A stretch of DNA of 64,000 nucleotides, taken from contig JANJGN010000016.1 in assembly GCA_026770705.1 (NCBI GenBank), positions 88,412,001-88,476,000 of the forward strand, in the 5' to 3' direction. The position numbers and the translations under genes were made by a program. The stretch is from Isurus oxyrinchus. Taxonomy: Eukaryota. Numbering within the stretch: the stretch's first letter is position 1; each line of letters starts with the position of its first letter. Below the pieces are notes generated by a model. It saw only the letters and a program-made list of their open reading frames with translations. It searched no databases and had not been told where the DNA came from. Below, in pieces: positions 15,701 through 30,700 of this stretch.

Positions 15701-18700
15701 TACACAGACTAGATTGAGAAGTGTGAAGTACCAGAGTACACAGACTGGATTGTGAAGTGTAATGTACCTGAGTAAAGAGTCTGGACTGTGAAGCGTGATG
15801 TACCTGAGTACACAGACTGGATTGTGAAGTGTGACATGCCTGAGTACACAGACTGGATTGTGAAGTGTGGTATATATGAGTACACAGACTGGATTGTGAA
15901 GTGTAACGTACAAGAGTACACAGACTGGATTGTGAAGTGTGATGTACCTGAGTACACAGACTAGATGTTGAAGTTTGATGTACTTGCTTACACAGATTGG
16001 ATTGTGAACAGTGATGTACCTGAGTACACAGACTGGATTGTGAAGTGTGATGTACCTGAGTACACAGACTGTATTGTGAAGTGTGATGTACCTGAGTACA
16101 CAGACTGGATTGTGAAGTGTGATGTACCTGAGTACACAGACTGGATTGTGAAGTGTGATGTTTCTGAGTACACAGACTGAATTTTGATATGTGATGTACC
16201 TGAGTACACAGACGAGATTGTGAAGAGTGTTAAACGTGAGTACACAGACTGGATTGTGAAGCGTGATGTACCTGAGTGCTCAGAATGGATTGTGAAGTCT
16301 GATGTATCTGAGTAAACAGAAAGGATTGTGAAGTGTGATGTACCTGAGTACACAGACTGGATGTTGAAGTTTGATGTACTTACTTGCACAGATTGGATTG
16401 TGAACAGTGATTTACCTGAGTACACAGACTGTATTGTGAAGTGTGATGTATCTGAGTGCAGAGAATGGGTTGGGAAGTGTGATGTACCTGAATACACAGA
16501 CTGGATTGTGAAGTGTGACGTACCTGAGTACACAGACTGGATTGTGAAGTGTGATGTACCTGAGTACACAGACTGGATTGTGAAGTGTGACGTACCTGAG
16601 TACACAGACTGGATAGTGAAGTGTGATGTAGCTGAGTACACAGATTGGATTGTGAATTGTGATGTACCTGAGTACACAGACTGGATTGTGAAGTGTGATG
16701 TGTTTGAATACAGAGACTGGATTGTGAAGTGTGATGTACGTGAGTACAGAGTCTGGATTGTGAAGTGTGATGTGCCAGAGTACACAGACTGGATTGTGAA
16801 GTGTGATGTACCTGAAGGCACCGACAGGATTGTGAAGTGTGATGTACCTGCATACACAGACTGGATTGTGAAGTTTGATGTACGTGAGTACACAGACTGG
16901 ATTGTGATGTGTGTTATATGTGAGTACACAGACTGGATTGTGAAGTGTGATGTACGTGAAAACACGGAAGGGCTTCTGAAGTGTGTTGTACCTGAGTACA
17001 CAGACAGAATTGTGAATTGTGATGTGCCTGAGTACACAGACTAGATTGTGAAGTGAGGTGCACCTGAGTACAGAGACTGGATTGTGAAGTGTGATGTACT
17101 GAGTACACAGACTGGAATGTGAAGTTTGATGTACCTGAGTACACGGACGGGATTGTGAAGAGTGATGTACATGAGTACACAGACTTGATTGTGAAGTGTG
17201 ATCTACCTGAGTACACAGACTGGATTTTGAAGTGTGATGTACCACAGTACACATACTGGATTGTGAAGTGTGATGCACCTGAGTACACAGACTGGATTGT
17301 GAAGTGTGTTGTACGTGAGTACAGAGAATGGATTGTGAATTGTGATTTACCCGAGTACACGGAATGGATTTTGAAGTTTGATGTACCTGAGTACACAGAC
17401 TGGTTTGTGAAGTGTGATGTACCTGAGTACACAGACTGGATTATGAATTGTGATGAACCTGAGTACACAGACTGGATTGTGAAGTGTGATGCACCTGAGT
17501 ACACAGACTTGATTGTGAAGTGTGATGTACCTGAGTACACAGATGAGATTGTGAACAGTGTTAAACGTGAGTCCGCAGCCTGGATTGTGAAGTGTGATGC
17601 ACCTGACTACACAGAATGCATTGTGAAGTGTGATGGAACTGAGTACACAGACTGGATTGTGAAGTGTGATGCACCTGAGTACACAGTCTGGATTGTGAAG
17701 TGTGATGCACCTGAGTACACAGACTGGATGGTGAAGTTTGATGTTCTTGCGTACACAGATTGGATTGTGAACTGTGATGTACCTGAGTACACAGACTGTA
17801 TTGTGAAGTGTGATGTACCTGAGTACACAGACTGGATTGTGAAGTGTGATGTACGTGATTAAAGTGATTGGATAGTGAAGTGTGATGTACCTGAGTACAC
17901 AGACTGGATTGTGAAGTGTGATGCACCTGAGTACACAGAAGGGATGGTGAAGTTTGATGTATTGCGTACACAGATTGGATTGTGAAGTGTGATGTACCTG
18001 AGTACACAGAATGCATTGTGAAGTGTGATGTGTTTGAATACAGAGACTGGATTGTGAAGTGTGATGTACGTGAGTACAGAGTCTGGATTGTGAAGTGTGA
18101 TGTGCCAGAGTACACAGACTGGATGGTGAAATGTCTTATACCTGAGTACTCTGAGTGGATTGTGAAGTGTGTTCTAGGAGTACACAGAGTGGATTGTGAA
18201 GTTTATTGTACATGAGTAAAAAGACTTGATTAGGAAATGTGATCTACCGGAGTGCACAGAGTGGATTTTGAAGTGTGATGTACCTGTGTACACAGACTGG
18301 ATTGTGAAGTGTGATTTACATGAGTACACAGACTGGGTTGTGAAGTCTGATGTACCTGTGTACATAGACTGGATTGTGAAGTGTGATTTAAGTGAGTACA
18401 CAGAATGGATTGTGAAGTGTGATGTACCTGAGTACACAGACTGTATTGTGAAGTGTGATGTACCTGAGTACACAGAATGGATTGGGATGTGTGTTGTTTA
18501 TTAGTACAAATACTGGATTGTGAAGTGTGATGTACCTGAGTAAACAGACTGGATTGTGAAGTGTGATGCACCTGAGTACACAGACTGGATGGTGAAGTTT
18601 GATGTCCTTGCGTACACAGATTGGATTGTTAACTGTGATGTACCTGAGTACACAGACTGTATTGTGAAGTGTGATGTATTTGAATACAGAGACTGGATTG

Positions 18701-21700
18701 TGAAGTGTAACGTACAAGAGTACACAGACTGGATTGTGAAGTGTGATGTACCTGAATACATAGACTGGATTGTGAAGTTTGATGTACGTGAATACAGAGA
18801 CTGGATTGTGAAGTGTGATGTTCCTGAATACACAGACTGGATTGTGAAGTGTTTTATATGTGAGTACACAGACTAGATTGAGAAGTGTGAAGTACCAGAG
18901 TACACAGACTGGATTGTGAAGTGTAATGTACCTGAGTAAAGAGTCTGGACTGTGAAGCGTGATGTACCTGAGTACACAGACTGGATTGTGAAGTGTGACA
19001 TGCCTGAGTACACAGACTGGATTGTGAAGTGTGGTATATATGAGTACACAGACTGGATTGTGAAGTGTAACGTACAAGAGTACACAGACTGGATTGTGAA
19101 GTGTGATGTACCTGAGTACACAGACTAGATGTTGAAGTTTGATGTACTTGCTTACACAGATTGGATTGTGAACAGTGATGTACCTGAGTACACAGACTGG
19201 ATTGTGAAGTGTGATGTACCTGAGTACACAGACTGTATTGTGAAGTGTGATGTACCTGAGTACACAGACTGGATTGTGAAGTGTGATGTACCTGAGTACA
19301 CAGACTGGATTGTGAAGTGTGATGTTCCTGAGTACACAGACTGAATTTTGATATGTGATGTACCTGAGTACACAGACGAGATTGTGAAGAGTGTTAAACG
19401 TGAGTACACAGACTGGATTGTGAAGCGTGATGTACCTGAGTGCTCAGAATGGAATGTGAAGTCTGATGTATCTGAGTAAACAGAAAGGATTGTGAAGTGT
19501 GATGTACCTGAGTACACAGACTGGATGTTGAAGTTTGATGTACTTACTTGCACAGATTGGATTGTGAACAGTGATTTACCTGAGTACACAGACTGTATTG
19601 TGAAGTGTGATGTATCTGAGTGCAGAGAATGGGTTGTGAAGTGTGATGTACCTGAGTACACAGACTGGATTGTGAAGTGTGACGTACCTGAGTACACAGA
19701 CTGGATTGTGAAGTGTGATGTACCTGAGTACACAGACTGGATTGTGAAGTGTGACGTACCTGAGTACACAGACTGGATAGTGAAGTGTGATGTAGCTGAG
19801 TACACAGATTGGATTGTGAATTGTGATGTACCTGAGTACACAGACTGGATTGTGAAGCGTGATGTGTTTGAATACAGAGACTGGATTGTGAAGTGTGATG
19901 TACGTGAGTACAGAGTCTGGATTGTGAAGTGTGATGTGCCAGAGTACACAGACTGGATTGTGAAGTGTGATGTACCTGAAGGCACCGACAGGATTGTGAA
20001 GTGTGATGTACCTGCATACACAGACTGGATTGTGAAGTTTGATGTACGTGAGTACACAGACTGGATTGTGATGTGTGTTATATGTGAGTACACAGACTGG
20101 ATTGAGAAGTGTGATGTACCTGAGTACACGGAATGGATTTTGAAGGGTGATGTACCTGAGTCCACAGACTGGATTGAGAAGTATGATGTACCTGAGTACA
20201 CAGACTGGATTGCGAAGTGTATTGTACATGAGTACACAGACTGGATTGTCAAGTGTGATGTACCAGAGTACACAGACTGGATTGTGAAATATAATGTACC
20301 TGAGTGCACAGACTGGTTTGTGAAGTGTGATATACCTGAGTACACAGACAGAATTGTGAATTGTGATGTGCCTGAGTACACAGACTAGATTGTGAAGTGA
20401 GGTGCACCTGAGTACAGAGACTGGATTGTGAAGTGTGATGTACTGAGTACACAGACTGGAATGTGAAGTTTGATGTACCTGAGTACACGGACGGGATTGT
20501 GAAGAGTGATGTACATGAGTACACAGACTTGATTGTGAAGTGTGATCTACCTGAGTACACAGACTGGATTTTGAAGTGTGATGTACCACAGTACACATAC
20601 TGGATTGTGAAGTGTGATGCACCTGAGTACACAGACTGGATTGTGAAGTGTGTTGTACGTGAGTACAGAGAATGGATTGTGAATTGTGATTTACCCGAGT
20701 ACACGGAATGGATTTTGAAGTTTGATGTACCTGAGTACACAGACTGGTTTGTGAAGTGTGATGTACCTGAGTACACAGACTGGATTATGAATTGTGATGA
20801 ACCTGAGTACACAGACTGGATTGTGAAGTGTGATGCACCTGAGTACACAGACTTGATTGTGAAGTGTGATGTACGTGAGTACAGACTCTGGATTTTGAAG
20901 TGTGATGTTCCTGAATACACAGTCTGAATTGTGATATGTGATGTACCTGAGTACACAGATGAGATTGTGAACAGTGTTAAACGTGAGTACGCAGCCTGGA
21001 TTGTGAAGTGTGATGCACCTGACTACACAGAATGCATTGTGAAGTGTGATGGAACTGAGTACACAGACTGGATTGTGAAGTGTGATGCACCTGAGTACAC
21101 AGTCTGGATTGTGAAGTGTGATGCACCTGAGTACACAGACTGGATGGTGAAGTTTGATGTTCTTGCGTACACAGATTGGATTGTGAACTGTGATGTACCT
21201 GAGTACACAGACTGTATTGTGAAGTGTGATGTACCTGAGTACACAGACTGGATTGTGAAGTGTGATGTACGTGATTAAAGTGATTGGATAGTGAAGTGTG
21301 ATGTACCTGAGTACACAGACTGGATTGTGAAGTGTGATGCACCTGAGTACACAGAAGGGATGGTGAAGTTTGATGTATTGCGTACACAGATTGGATTGTG
21401 AAGTGTGATGTACCTGAGTACACAGAATACATTGTGAAGTGTGATGTGTTTGAATACAGAGACTGGATTGTGAAGTGTGATGTACGTGAGTACAGAGTCT
21501 GGATTGTGAAGTGTGATGTGCCAGAGTACACAGACTGGATGGTGAAATGTCTTATACCTGAGTACTCTGAGTGGATTGTGAAGTGTGTTCTAGGAGTACA
21601 CAGAGTGGATTGTGAAGTTTATTGTACATGAGTAAAAAGTCTTGATTAGGAAATGTGATCTACCGGAGTGCACAGAGTGGATTTTGAAGTGTGATGTACC

Positions 21701-24700
21701 TGTGTACACAGACTGGATTGTGAAGTGTGATTTACCTGAGTACACAGACTGGGTTGTGAAGTCTGATGTACCTGTGTACATAGACTGGATTGTGAAGTGT
21801 GATTTAAGTGAGCACACAGAATGGATTGTGAAGTGTGATGTACCTGAGTACACAGACTGTATTGTGAAGTGTGATGTACCTGAGTACACAGAATGGATTG
21901 TGAAGTGTTTTATACATGAATACACAGAATGGATATTGAAGTATGATGTCCCTGAGACACAGGCTGGATTGTGAAGTCTGATGTACCTGAGTACACAGAC
22001 TGGATTGTGAAGTGTGATGTACCTGAGTACACAGACTGGATTGTGAAGTGTGGTGTACCTGAGTACGCAGAGTGGATTTTGAATTGAGATGTATCTGAGG
22101 ACACAGACTGGATGGTGAAATGTGATATACGTGAGTACAGAGAATGTATTGTGAAGCGTGATGTACCTGTGTACACAGAGTGGATTGTGAAGTGTGATGT
22201 ACCTGAGTACACAGACTGGATTGTGTTGTGTGATGTACCTCAGTACACAGACTGGATTTTGAAGTTTATTGTACGTGAGTAAACAGACTCGATTCTGATG
22301 TGTGATGTACGTGAATACAGAGACTAGATTGTGAAGCTTGATGTACCTGTGTACACAGACTGGATTATGAAGTGTGATGTACCTGTATACACAGACTGGA
22401 TTATGAAGTGTGATGTACATGAGTACACGGACTGGATTATGAAGTGTGGTGTAACTGAGTGCACAGACCTGATTGAGAAGTGTGATGTACCTGAGTACAC
22501 AGCCTAGATTGTGAAGTGTGATGTACCTGAGTACACAGACTGGATTGTGAAGTGTCTTTTACCTGAGTACACAGACTGGATAGTGAAGTGTGATGTACCT
22601 GAGTACAGAGACTGGATTGTGAAGTGTGATTTACCAGAGTACACAGACAGGATTGTGAAGTCTGATGTACCTGAATACCCGGACTGGATTGAGAAGTTTG
22701 ATGTACCTGAGTGCACAGCGTAGATTGTGAAGCGTTATGTATCTGTGTGCTCAGATTGGATTTTGAAGCGTGAGTACCTGATTACACAGACTGGATTGTG
22801 AAGCGTGTTGTACCTGAGTACGAAGACTGGATTGTGTTGTGTGATGTACCTGAGTATACAGACTGGATTGTGAAGTGTGATGTACCTGAGTACACAGACT
22901 GGATTGTGAAGTGTGATGTACCTGAGTACACAGACTGCATTGTGAGGTGTGATATACCTGAGTACACAGACTGGATTGTGAAGTGTTTTTTACATGAGTA
23001 CACAGACTGGATTGTGAAGTGTGCTTTAAGTGAGTACACAGACTGGATTGTGTAGTGTGTTGTACCTGAGTACACAGACTGGAATTTGAAGCGTGATGTA
23101 CGTCAGCACACGGACTGGATTATGACGTTTGATGTACCTCAGAACACAGAAAGGATTGTGAAGTGTGATGTACCTGAGTAAACACACTGGATTGTGAATT
23201 GTGATGTACCTGAGTACGCAGACAGGATTGTGAAGCGTTATGTACCAGTGTACACAGACTGGATTTTGAAGCGTGATGTGCCTGATTACACAGACTGGAT
23301 TGTGATGCGTGGTGTACCTGAGTACAAAGATTGGATTTTGAAGTGTGTTGAACCTGAGTACAAAGACTGGATTGTGAAATGTGTTAAACATGATTACACA
23401 GACTGGATTGTGAAGTGTGATGTACCTGAGTACACAAACTGGACTGTGATGTGTGATGTACCTGAGTACACAGACTGGATTGTGTTGTGTGATGTACCTA
23501 AGTACACAGAATGGATTTTGAAGTATATTGCACCTGAGTACAAAGACTGGATTGTGAAATGTGTTAAACATGATTACACAGACTGGATTGTGAAGTGTGA
23601 TGTACCTGAGTACACGGAATGGATTGTGAAGTGTGATGTACGTGATTACAGAGACTGGAATGTGAAGTGTGATGTACCTGAGTACACAGACTGGATTGTG
23701 AAGTGTGATGTACCTGAGTACGCAGAGTGGATTCTGAAATGAAATGTACCTGAGGACACAGACTGGATAGTGAAATGTGATATACGTGAGTACAGAGAAT
23801 GGATTGTGAAGTGTGATGTACCTGTGTACACAGACTGGATTGTGTTGTGTGATGTACCTCAGTACACAGACTGGATTTTGAGGTTTATTGTACGTGAGTA
23901 CACAGACTCGACTCTGATGTGTGATGTACGTGAATACAGAGGCTAGATTGTGAAGCTTGATGTACCTGTGTACACAGACTGGATTATGAAGTGTGATGTA
24001 CCTGTATATACAGACTGGATTGTGAAGTGTGACGTACATGAGTACACGGACTGGATTATGAAGTGTGATGTACCTGTATATACAGACTGGATTGTGAAGT
24101 GTGACGTACATGAGTACACGGACTGGATTATGAAGTGTGGTGTAACTGAGTGCACAGACCTGATTGAGAAGTGTGATGTACCTGAGTACACAGCCGAGAT
24201 TGTGAAGTGTGATGTACCTGAGTACACAGACTGGATTGTGAAGTGTCTTATACCTGAGTACACAGACGGGATTGTGAAGTGTGATGTACCTGAGTTCACA
24301 GAGTGGATTTTGAAGTGTGATGTACCTGAGTAGACAGACTGGATAGTGAAGTGTGATGTACGTGAGTACACAGACAGGATTGTGAAGTCTGATGTACCTG
24401 CGTACACAGACTGGATTGTGAAGTGTGATTTAAGTGAGTACACAGACTGGATTGTGAAGTGTGATGTACCTGAGTGCACAGACAGTATTGTGAAGTGTGA
24501 TGTACCTGAGTAAACAGACTGGATTGTGAAGTGTGATGTACCTGAGTACAAAGACTGGATTGTGAAGTGTGTTAAACATGATTACACAGACTGGATTTTG
24601 AAGTGTGATGTACCTGAGTACAAAGACTGGATTGTGAAGTGTGTTAAACATGATTACACAGACTGGATTGTGAAGTCTGAGGTACCTGAGTACACGGACT

Positions 24701-27700
24701 GGATTGTGAAGTGTGATGTACCTGAGTAAACAGCCTGGAATGTGAAGTTTGATGTACGTGAGTACACAGACGGGATTGCCAAATGTGGTGTTCCTGAGTA
24801 CACAGACTGGATTGTTTAGTGTGGAGTACCTGAGTACACAGTCTGGATTCTGAAATGTGGCATACCTGAGTACACAGACTGGAATGTGATGTGTGATGTA
24901 CCTGAGTACCCTGACTAGATTGAGAAGTGTGATGTGCCTGAGTACACAGACTGGATTGTGAAGGGTGATGTACCTGAGTAGACAGAAAGAATTGTGAAGT
25001 GTGATGTACCTGAGTACACAGGCTGCATTGTGAGGTGTGATATACCTGAGTACACAGAATGGATTCTGAAGTGTTTTATACATGAGTGCACAGAATGGAT
25101 ATTGAAGTGTGATGTCACTGTGACACAGGCTGGATTGTGAAGTGTAATGTAGCTGAGTGCACAGACTGGATTGTGAAGTGTGATCTACCTGAGTACACAG
25201 ACTGGATTGTGAAGTGTGCTTTTAGTGAGTACACAGACTGGATTGTGTAGTGTGTTGTACCTGAGTACACAGACTGGAATTTGAAGTGTGATGTACGTCA
25301 GCACACGGACTGGATTATGAAGTTTCATGTACCTCAGTACACAGACTGGATTGTGAAGTGTGATGTACCTGAGTAAACACACTGGATTGTGAATTGTGAT
25401 GTACCTGAGTACGCAGGCAGGATTGTGAAGCGTTTTGCACCAGTGTACACAGACTGGATTTTCAAGCGTGATGTGCCTGATTACACAGACTGGATTGTGA
25501 AGCGTGGTGTACCTGAGTACAAAGATTGGATTTTGAAGTGTGTTGAACCTGAGTACACAAACTGGACTGTGATGTGTGATGTACCTGAGTACACAGACTG
25601 GATTGTGAAGTTTGCTGTACCTGAAGACATAGACTGGATTGTGAAATCTGTTATACGTGATTACACATACTGGATTGTGAAGTGTGATGTATCCGAGTAC
25701 ACAGATTGGATTGTGAATTGTGGTATACCTCAGTACACATACGGGAATGTGAAGTGTGATGCATCTGAGTGCACAGAATGAATTGTGAAGTGTGATGTAC
25801 CTGAGTACACAGACTGGATTGTGAAGTGTGATGTACCTGAGTACACAGACTGGATTGTGATGTGTGATGTAAGTGAGTACACAGACTGGATTGTGAAGTG
25901 TGATGTACCTGAGTACACGCACTGGATTGTGATGTGTTTTATACCTGAGTACACAGAGTGGATTGTGAAGTATATTGTACGTGAGTACACAGACTTGATT
26001 GTGAAATGTGATGTACCTGAGTATACAGAGCGGATTTTGAAGTGTGATGTACCTGAGTACAGAGACTGGATTGTGAAGTGTCATGTACCTGTGTACACTG
26101 ACTGGATTGTGAAGTATGATTTACCTGAGTACACAGACTGGATTGTGTAGTGTGATGTACCTGAGGACACAAACTGGATTATGAAATGTGATGTACCTGA
26201 GTACACAGACTGGATTCTGAAGTGTGATGTAACTGAGTACACAGACTGGAGTGTGAAGTGTGATGTACCTGATTACACAGACTGCATTGCAAGGTGTGAT
26301 ATACCTGAGTACGCAGACAGGATTGTGAAATGTTTTATACATGAGTACACAGAATGGATATTGAAGTGTGATGTCCTTGAGACACAGGATGGATTGTGAA
26401 GGGTGATGTAGCTGAGTACACAGACTGCATTGTGAGGTGTGGTATACCTGAGTACACAGAATGGATTGTGAAGTGTTTTATACATGAATACACAGAATGG
26501 ATATTGAAGTGTGATGTCCCTGAGACACAGGCTGGATTGTGAAGTGTGATGTAGCTGAGTACACAGACTGGATTGTGAAGTGTGATCTACCTGAGTACAC
26601 AGACTGGATTGTGAAGTGTGCTTTAAGTGAGTACACAGACTGGATTGTGTAGTGTGTTGTACCTGAGTACACAGACTGGAATTTGAAGTGTGATGTACGT
26701 CAGCACACGGACTGGATTATGAAGTTTGATGTACCTCAGTACACAGACTGGATTGTGAAGTGTGATGTACCTGAGTAAACACACTGGATTGTGAATTGTG
26801 ATGTACCTGAGTACGCAGACAGGATTGTGAAGCGTTTTGTACCAGTGTACACAGACTGGATTTTGAAGCATGATGTGCCTGATTACACAGACTGGATTGT
26901 GAAGCGTGGTGTACCTGAGTACAAAGATTGGATTTTGAAGTGTGTTGAACCTGAGTACACAAACTGGACTGTGATGTGTGATGTACCTGAGTACACAGAC
27001 TGGATTCTGAAGTATGATGTACCTGAGTGCACAGACTGGATTGTGTTGTGTGATGTACCTAAGTACACAGAATGGATTTTGAAGTATATTGCACCTGAGT
27101 ACAAAGACTGGATTGTTAAGTGTGTTAAACATGATTACACAGACTGAATTGTGAAATGTGATATACCTGAGAACACGGAATGGATTGTGAAGTGTGATGT
27201 ACGTGAGTACAGAGACAGGATTGTGAAGTGTGATGTACCCGAGTACACAGGTTGGATTGTGAAGTGTGATGTACGTGAGTACACAGACTGGATTGTGAAG
27301 TGTGATGTACCCGAGTACAAAGACTGGATTGTGAAGTGTGATGTACCTGAGTACGCAGAGTGGATTTTGAAATGAGATGTACCTGAGGACACAGACTGGA
27401 TAGTGAAATGTGATGTACCTGAGTACACAGACTGGATTGTGAAGTGTGATGTACCTGAGTACACAGACTGGATTGTGAAGTGTGATGTACCTGAGTACAG
27501 AGACTGGATTGTGAAGTGTGACGTACCTGAGTACACAGACTGGATTGTGAAGTGTGATGTACCTGAGTACACAGACTGGATTGTGAAGTGTGATGTACCT
27601 GAGTACGCAGAGTGGATTTTGAAATGAGATGTACCTGAGGACACAGACTGGATAGTGAAATGTGATATACGTGAGTACAGAGAATGGATTGTGAAGTGTG

Positions 27701-30700
27701 ATGTACCTGTGTACACAGAGTGGATTGTGAAGTGTGATGTACCTGAGTACACAGACTCGATTGTGAAGTGTGATGTACCTGAGTACAGAGACTGGATTGT
27801 GAAGTGTGACGTACCTGAGTACACAGACTGGATGTGAAGTGTGATGTACCTGAGTACACAGACTGGATTGTGAAGTGTGATGAACCTGAGTACACAGACC
27901 GGATTGTGAAGTGCGATGTACCTGAGTACACAGACTGGAATGTGAAGGGTGATGTACCTGAGTACGCAGACGGGATTGTGAAGTATGGTGTTCCTGAGTA
28001 CACAGACTGGATTCTGAAGTGTGACGTACCTGAGTACACAGACTGGATTGTGAAGTGTGATGTACCTGAATAAACAGCCTGGAATGTGAAGTGTGATGTA
28101 CGTGAGTACACAGACGGGATTGCCAAATGTGGTGTTCCTGAGTACACAGACTGGATTGTGAAGTGTGATGTACCTGAGTACACAGACTGGAATGTGAAGT
28201 GTGATGTACCTGAGTACCCTGACTAGATTGAGAAGTGTGAAGGACCTGAGTACAGAGACTGGATTGTGAAGTGCGATGTACCTGAGTACACAGACTGGAG
28301 CGTGAAGTGTAATGTACCTGAGTACACAGACTGCATTGTGAGGTGTGATATACCTGAGTACACAGAATGGATTGTGAAGTGTTTTATACATGAGTGCACA
28401 GAATGGATATTGAAGTGTGATGTACCTGAGTACACAGACTGGATTGTGAATTGTGCTTTAAGTGAGTACACAGACTGGATTGTGAAATGTGATATATGTG
28501 AGTACAGAGAATGGATTGTGAAGTGTGATGTACCTGAGTACACAGACTGGATTGTGAAGTGTGATGTACCTGAGTACACAGACTGGATTGTGAAGTGTGA
28601 CGTACCTGAGTACACAGACTGTATTGTGAAGTGTGATGTACCTGTGTAGACAGCCTGGATTGTGAAGTGTGATGTACTTGAGTACACAGAGTGAATTGTG
28701 AAGTGTGATGTACGTAACTACAGACACTGGATTGTGAAGTGTGATGTACGTGAGTACAGAGACTGGATTGTGAAGTGTGATATAACTGAATACACAGACT
28801 GGATTGTGAAGTGTGATGTACCTGAGTACGGAGACTGGATTGTGAAGTTTGATGTACCTGAAGACATAGACTGGATTGTGAAATGTGTTATGCGTGATTA
28901 CACAGACTGGATTGTGAAGTGTGATGTATCCGAGTACACAGATTGGATTGTGAATTGTGGTATACCTGAGTACACATATGGGATTGTGATGTGTGCTGCA
29001 CCTGAGTACAAAGACTAGAATGTGAAGTGTGATGCATCTGAGTGCACAGACTGGATTGTGATGTGTGATGTAAGTGAGTACAGAGACTAGACTGTGAATT
29101 GTGATGTACCTGTGTACACAGACTGGATTGTGAAGTGTGATATACGTGAGTACACGGACTGGATTGTGAAGTGTGATGTACCTGAGTACACACACTGGAT
29201 TGTGATGTCTCTTATACCTGAGTACACAGAGTGGATTGTGAAGTGTATTGTACGTGAGTACACAGACTTGATTGTGAAATGTGATGTACCTGAGTATACA
29301 GAGCGGATTTTGAAGTGTGATGTACCTGAGTACAGAGACTGGATTGTGAAGTGTCATGTACCTGTGTACACTGACTGGATTGTGAAGTGTGATTTACCTG
29401 AGTACACAGACTGGATTGTGTAGTGTGATGTACCTGAGGACACAAACTGGATTGTGAAGTGTGATGTACCTGAGTACACAGACTGGATTCTGAAGTGTGA
29501 TGTAACTGAGTACACAGACTGGAGTGTGAAGTGTGATGTACCTGAGTACACAGCCTAGATTGTGAAGTGTGATGTACCTGAGTACACAGACTGGATTGTG
29601 AAGTGTCTTATACCTGAGTACACAGACTGGATAGTGAAGTGTGATGTACCTGTGTACACAGACTGGATTGTGAAGTGTGATTTACCTGAGTACACAGACT
29701 GGATTGTGTAGTGTGATGTACCTGAGGACACAATCTGGATTGTGAATTGTGATGTACCTGAGTACACAGACTGGATTATGAAGTGTGATGTACCTGAGTA
29801 CACAGACTGGATTGTGAAGTGTGTTAAACATTATTACACAGACTGGATTGTGAAGTTTGATGTACCTGAGTACACGGACTGAATTGTGAAGGGTGATGTA
29901 CCTGAATACACAGACTGGATTGTGAAGTTTGATGTACCTGAGCACACAGACTGGATTGTGAAGTGTGATATACCTGAGTACACAGACTGGATTGTGAAGT
30001 GTGATGTACCTGAGTACACAGACTGGATTGTGAAGTGTGATGTACGTGAGCACACAGACTGGATTATGAATTCTGATGTATCTGTGTACACATACTGGAT
30101 TGTTAAGTGTGATGTACCTGAGTACACAGACTGGATTTCGAAGTGTGATGTACCTGAGTACGCAGACGGGATTGTGAAGTATGGTGTTCCTGAGTACGCA
30201 GACTGGATTGTGAAATGTGGCATTCCTGAGCACACAGACTGGATTCTGAAGTGTGACGTACCTGAGTACACAGACTGGTTTGTGAAGTGTGATGTACCTG
30301 AGTACACAGACTGGATTGTGAAGTGTGATGTACCTGTGTACACAGACTGGATTGTGAAGTGTGTTATACGTGAGAACGGAGACTAGATTGTGAAGCTTGA
30401 TGTACCTGTGTACACAGACTGGATTGTGAACTGTGATGTACCTGGAAACACAGACTGGATTGTGAAGTTTGATGTACCTGAGTACACAGACTGGATTGTG
30501 AAGTGTGATGTACCTGAGTACACAGACTGGATTGTGAAGTGTGATGTATCTGAGTACACAGACTGGATTGTGAAGTCTGAGGTACCTGAGTACACAGACT
30601 GGATTGTGAAGTGTGATGTACCTGAGTAAACAGCCTGGAATGTGGAGTGTGATGTACGTGAGTACACAGACGGGATTGCCAAATGTGGTGTTCCTGAGTA

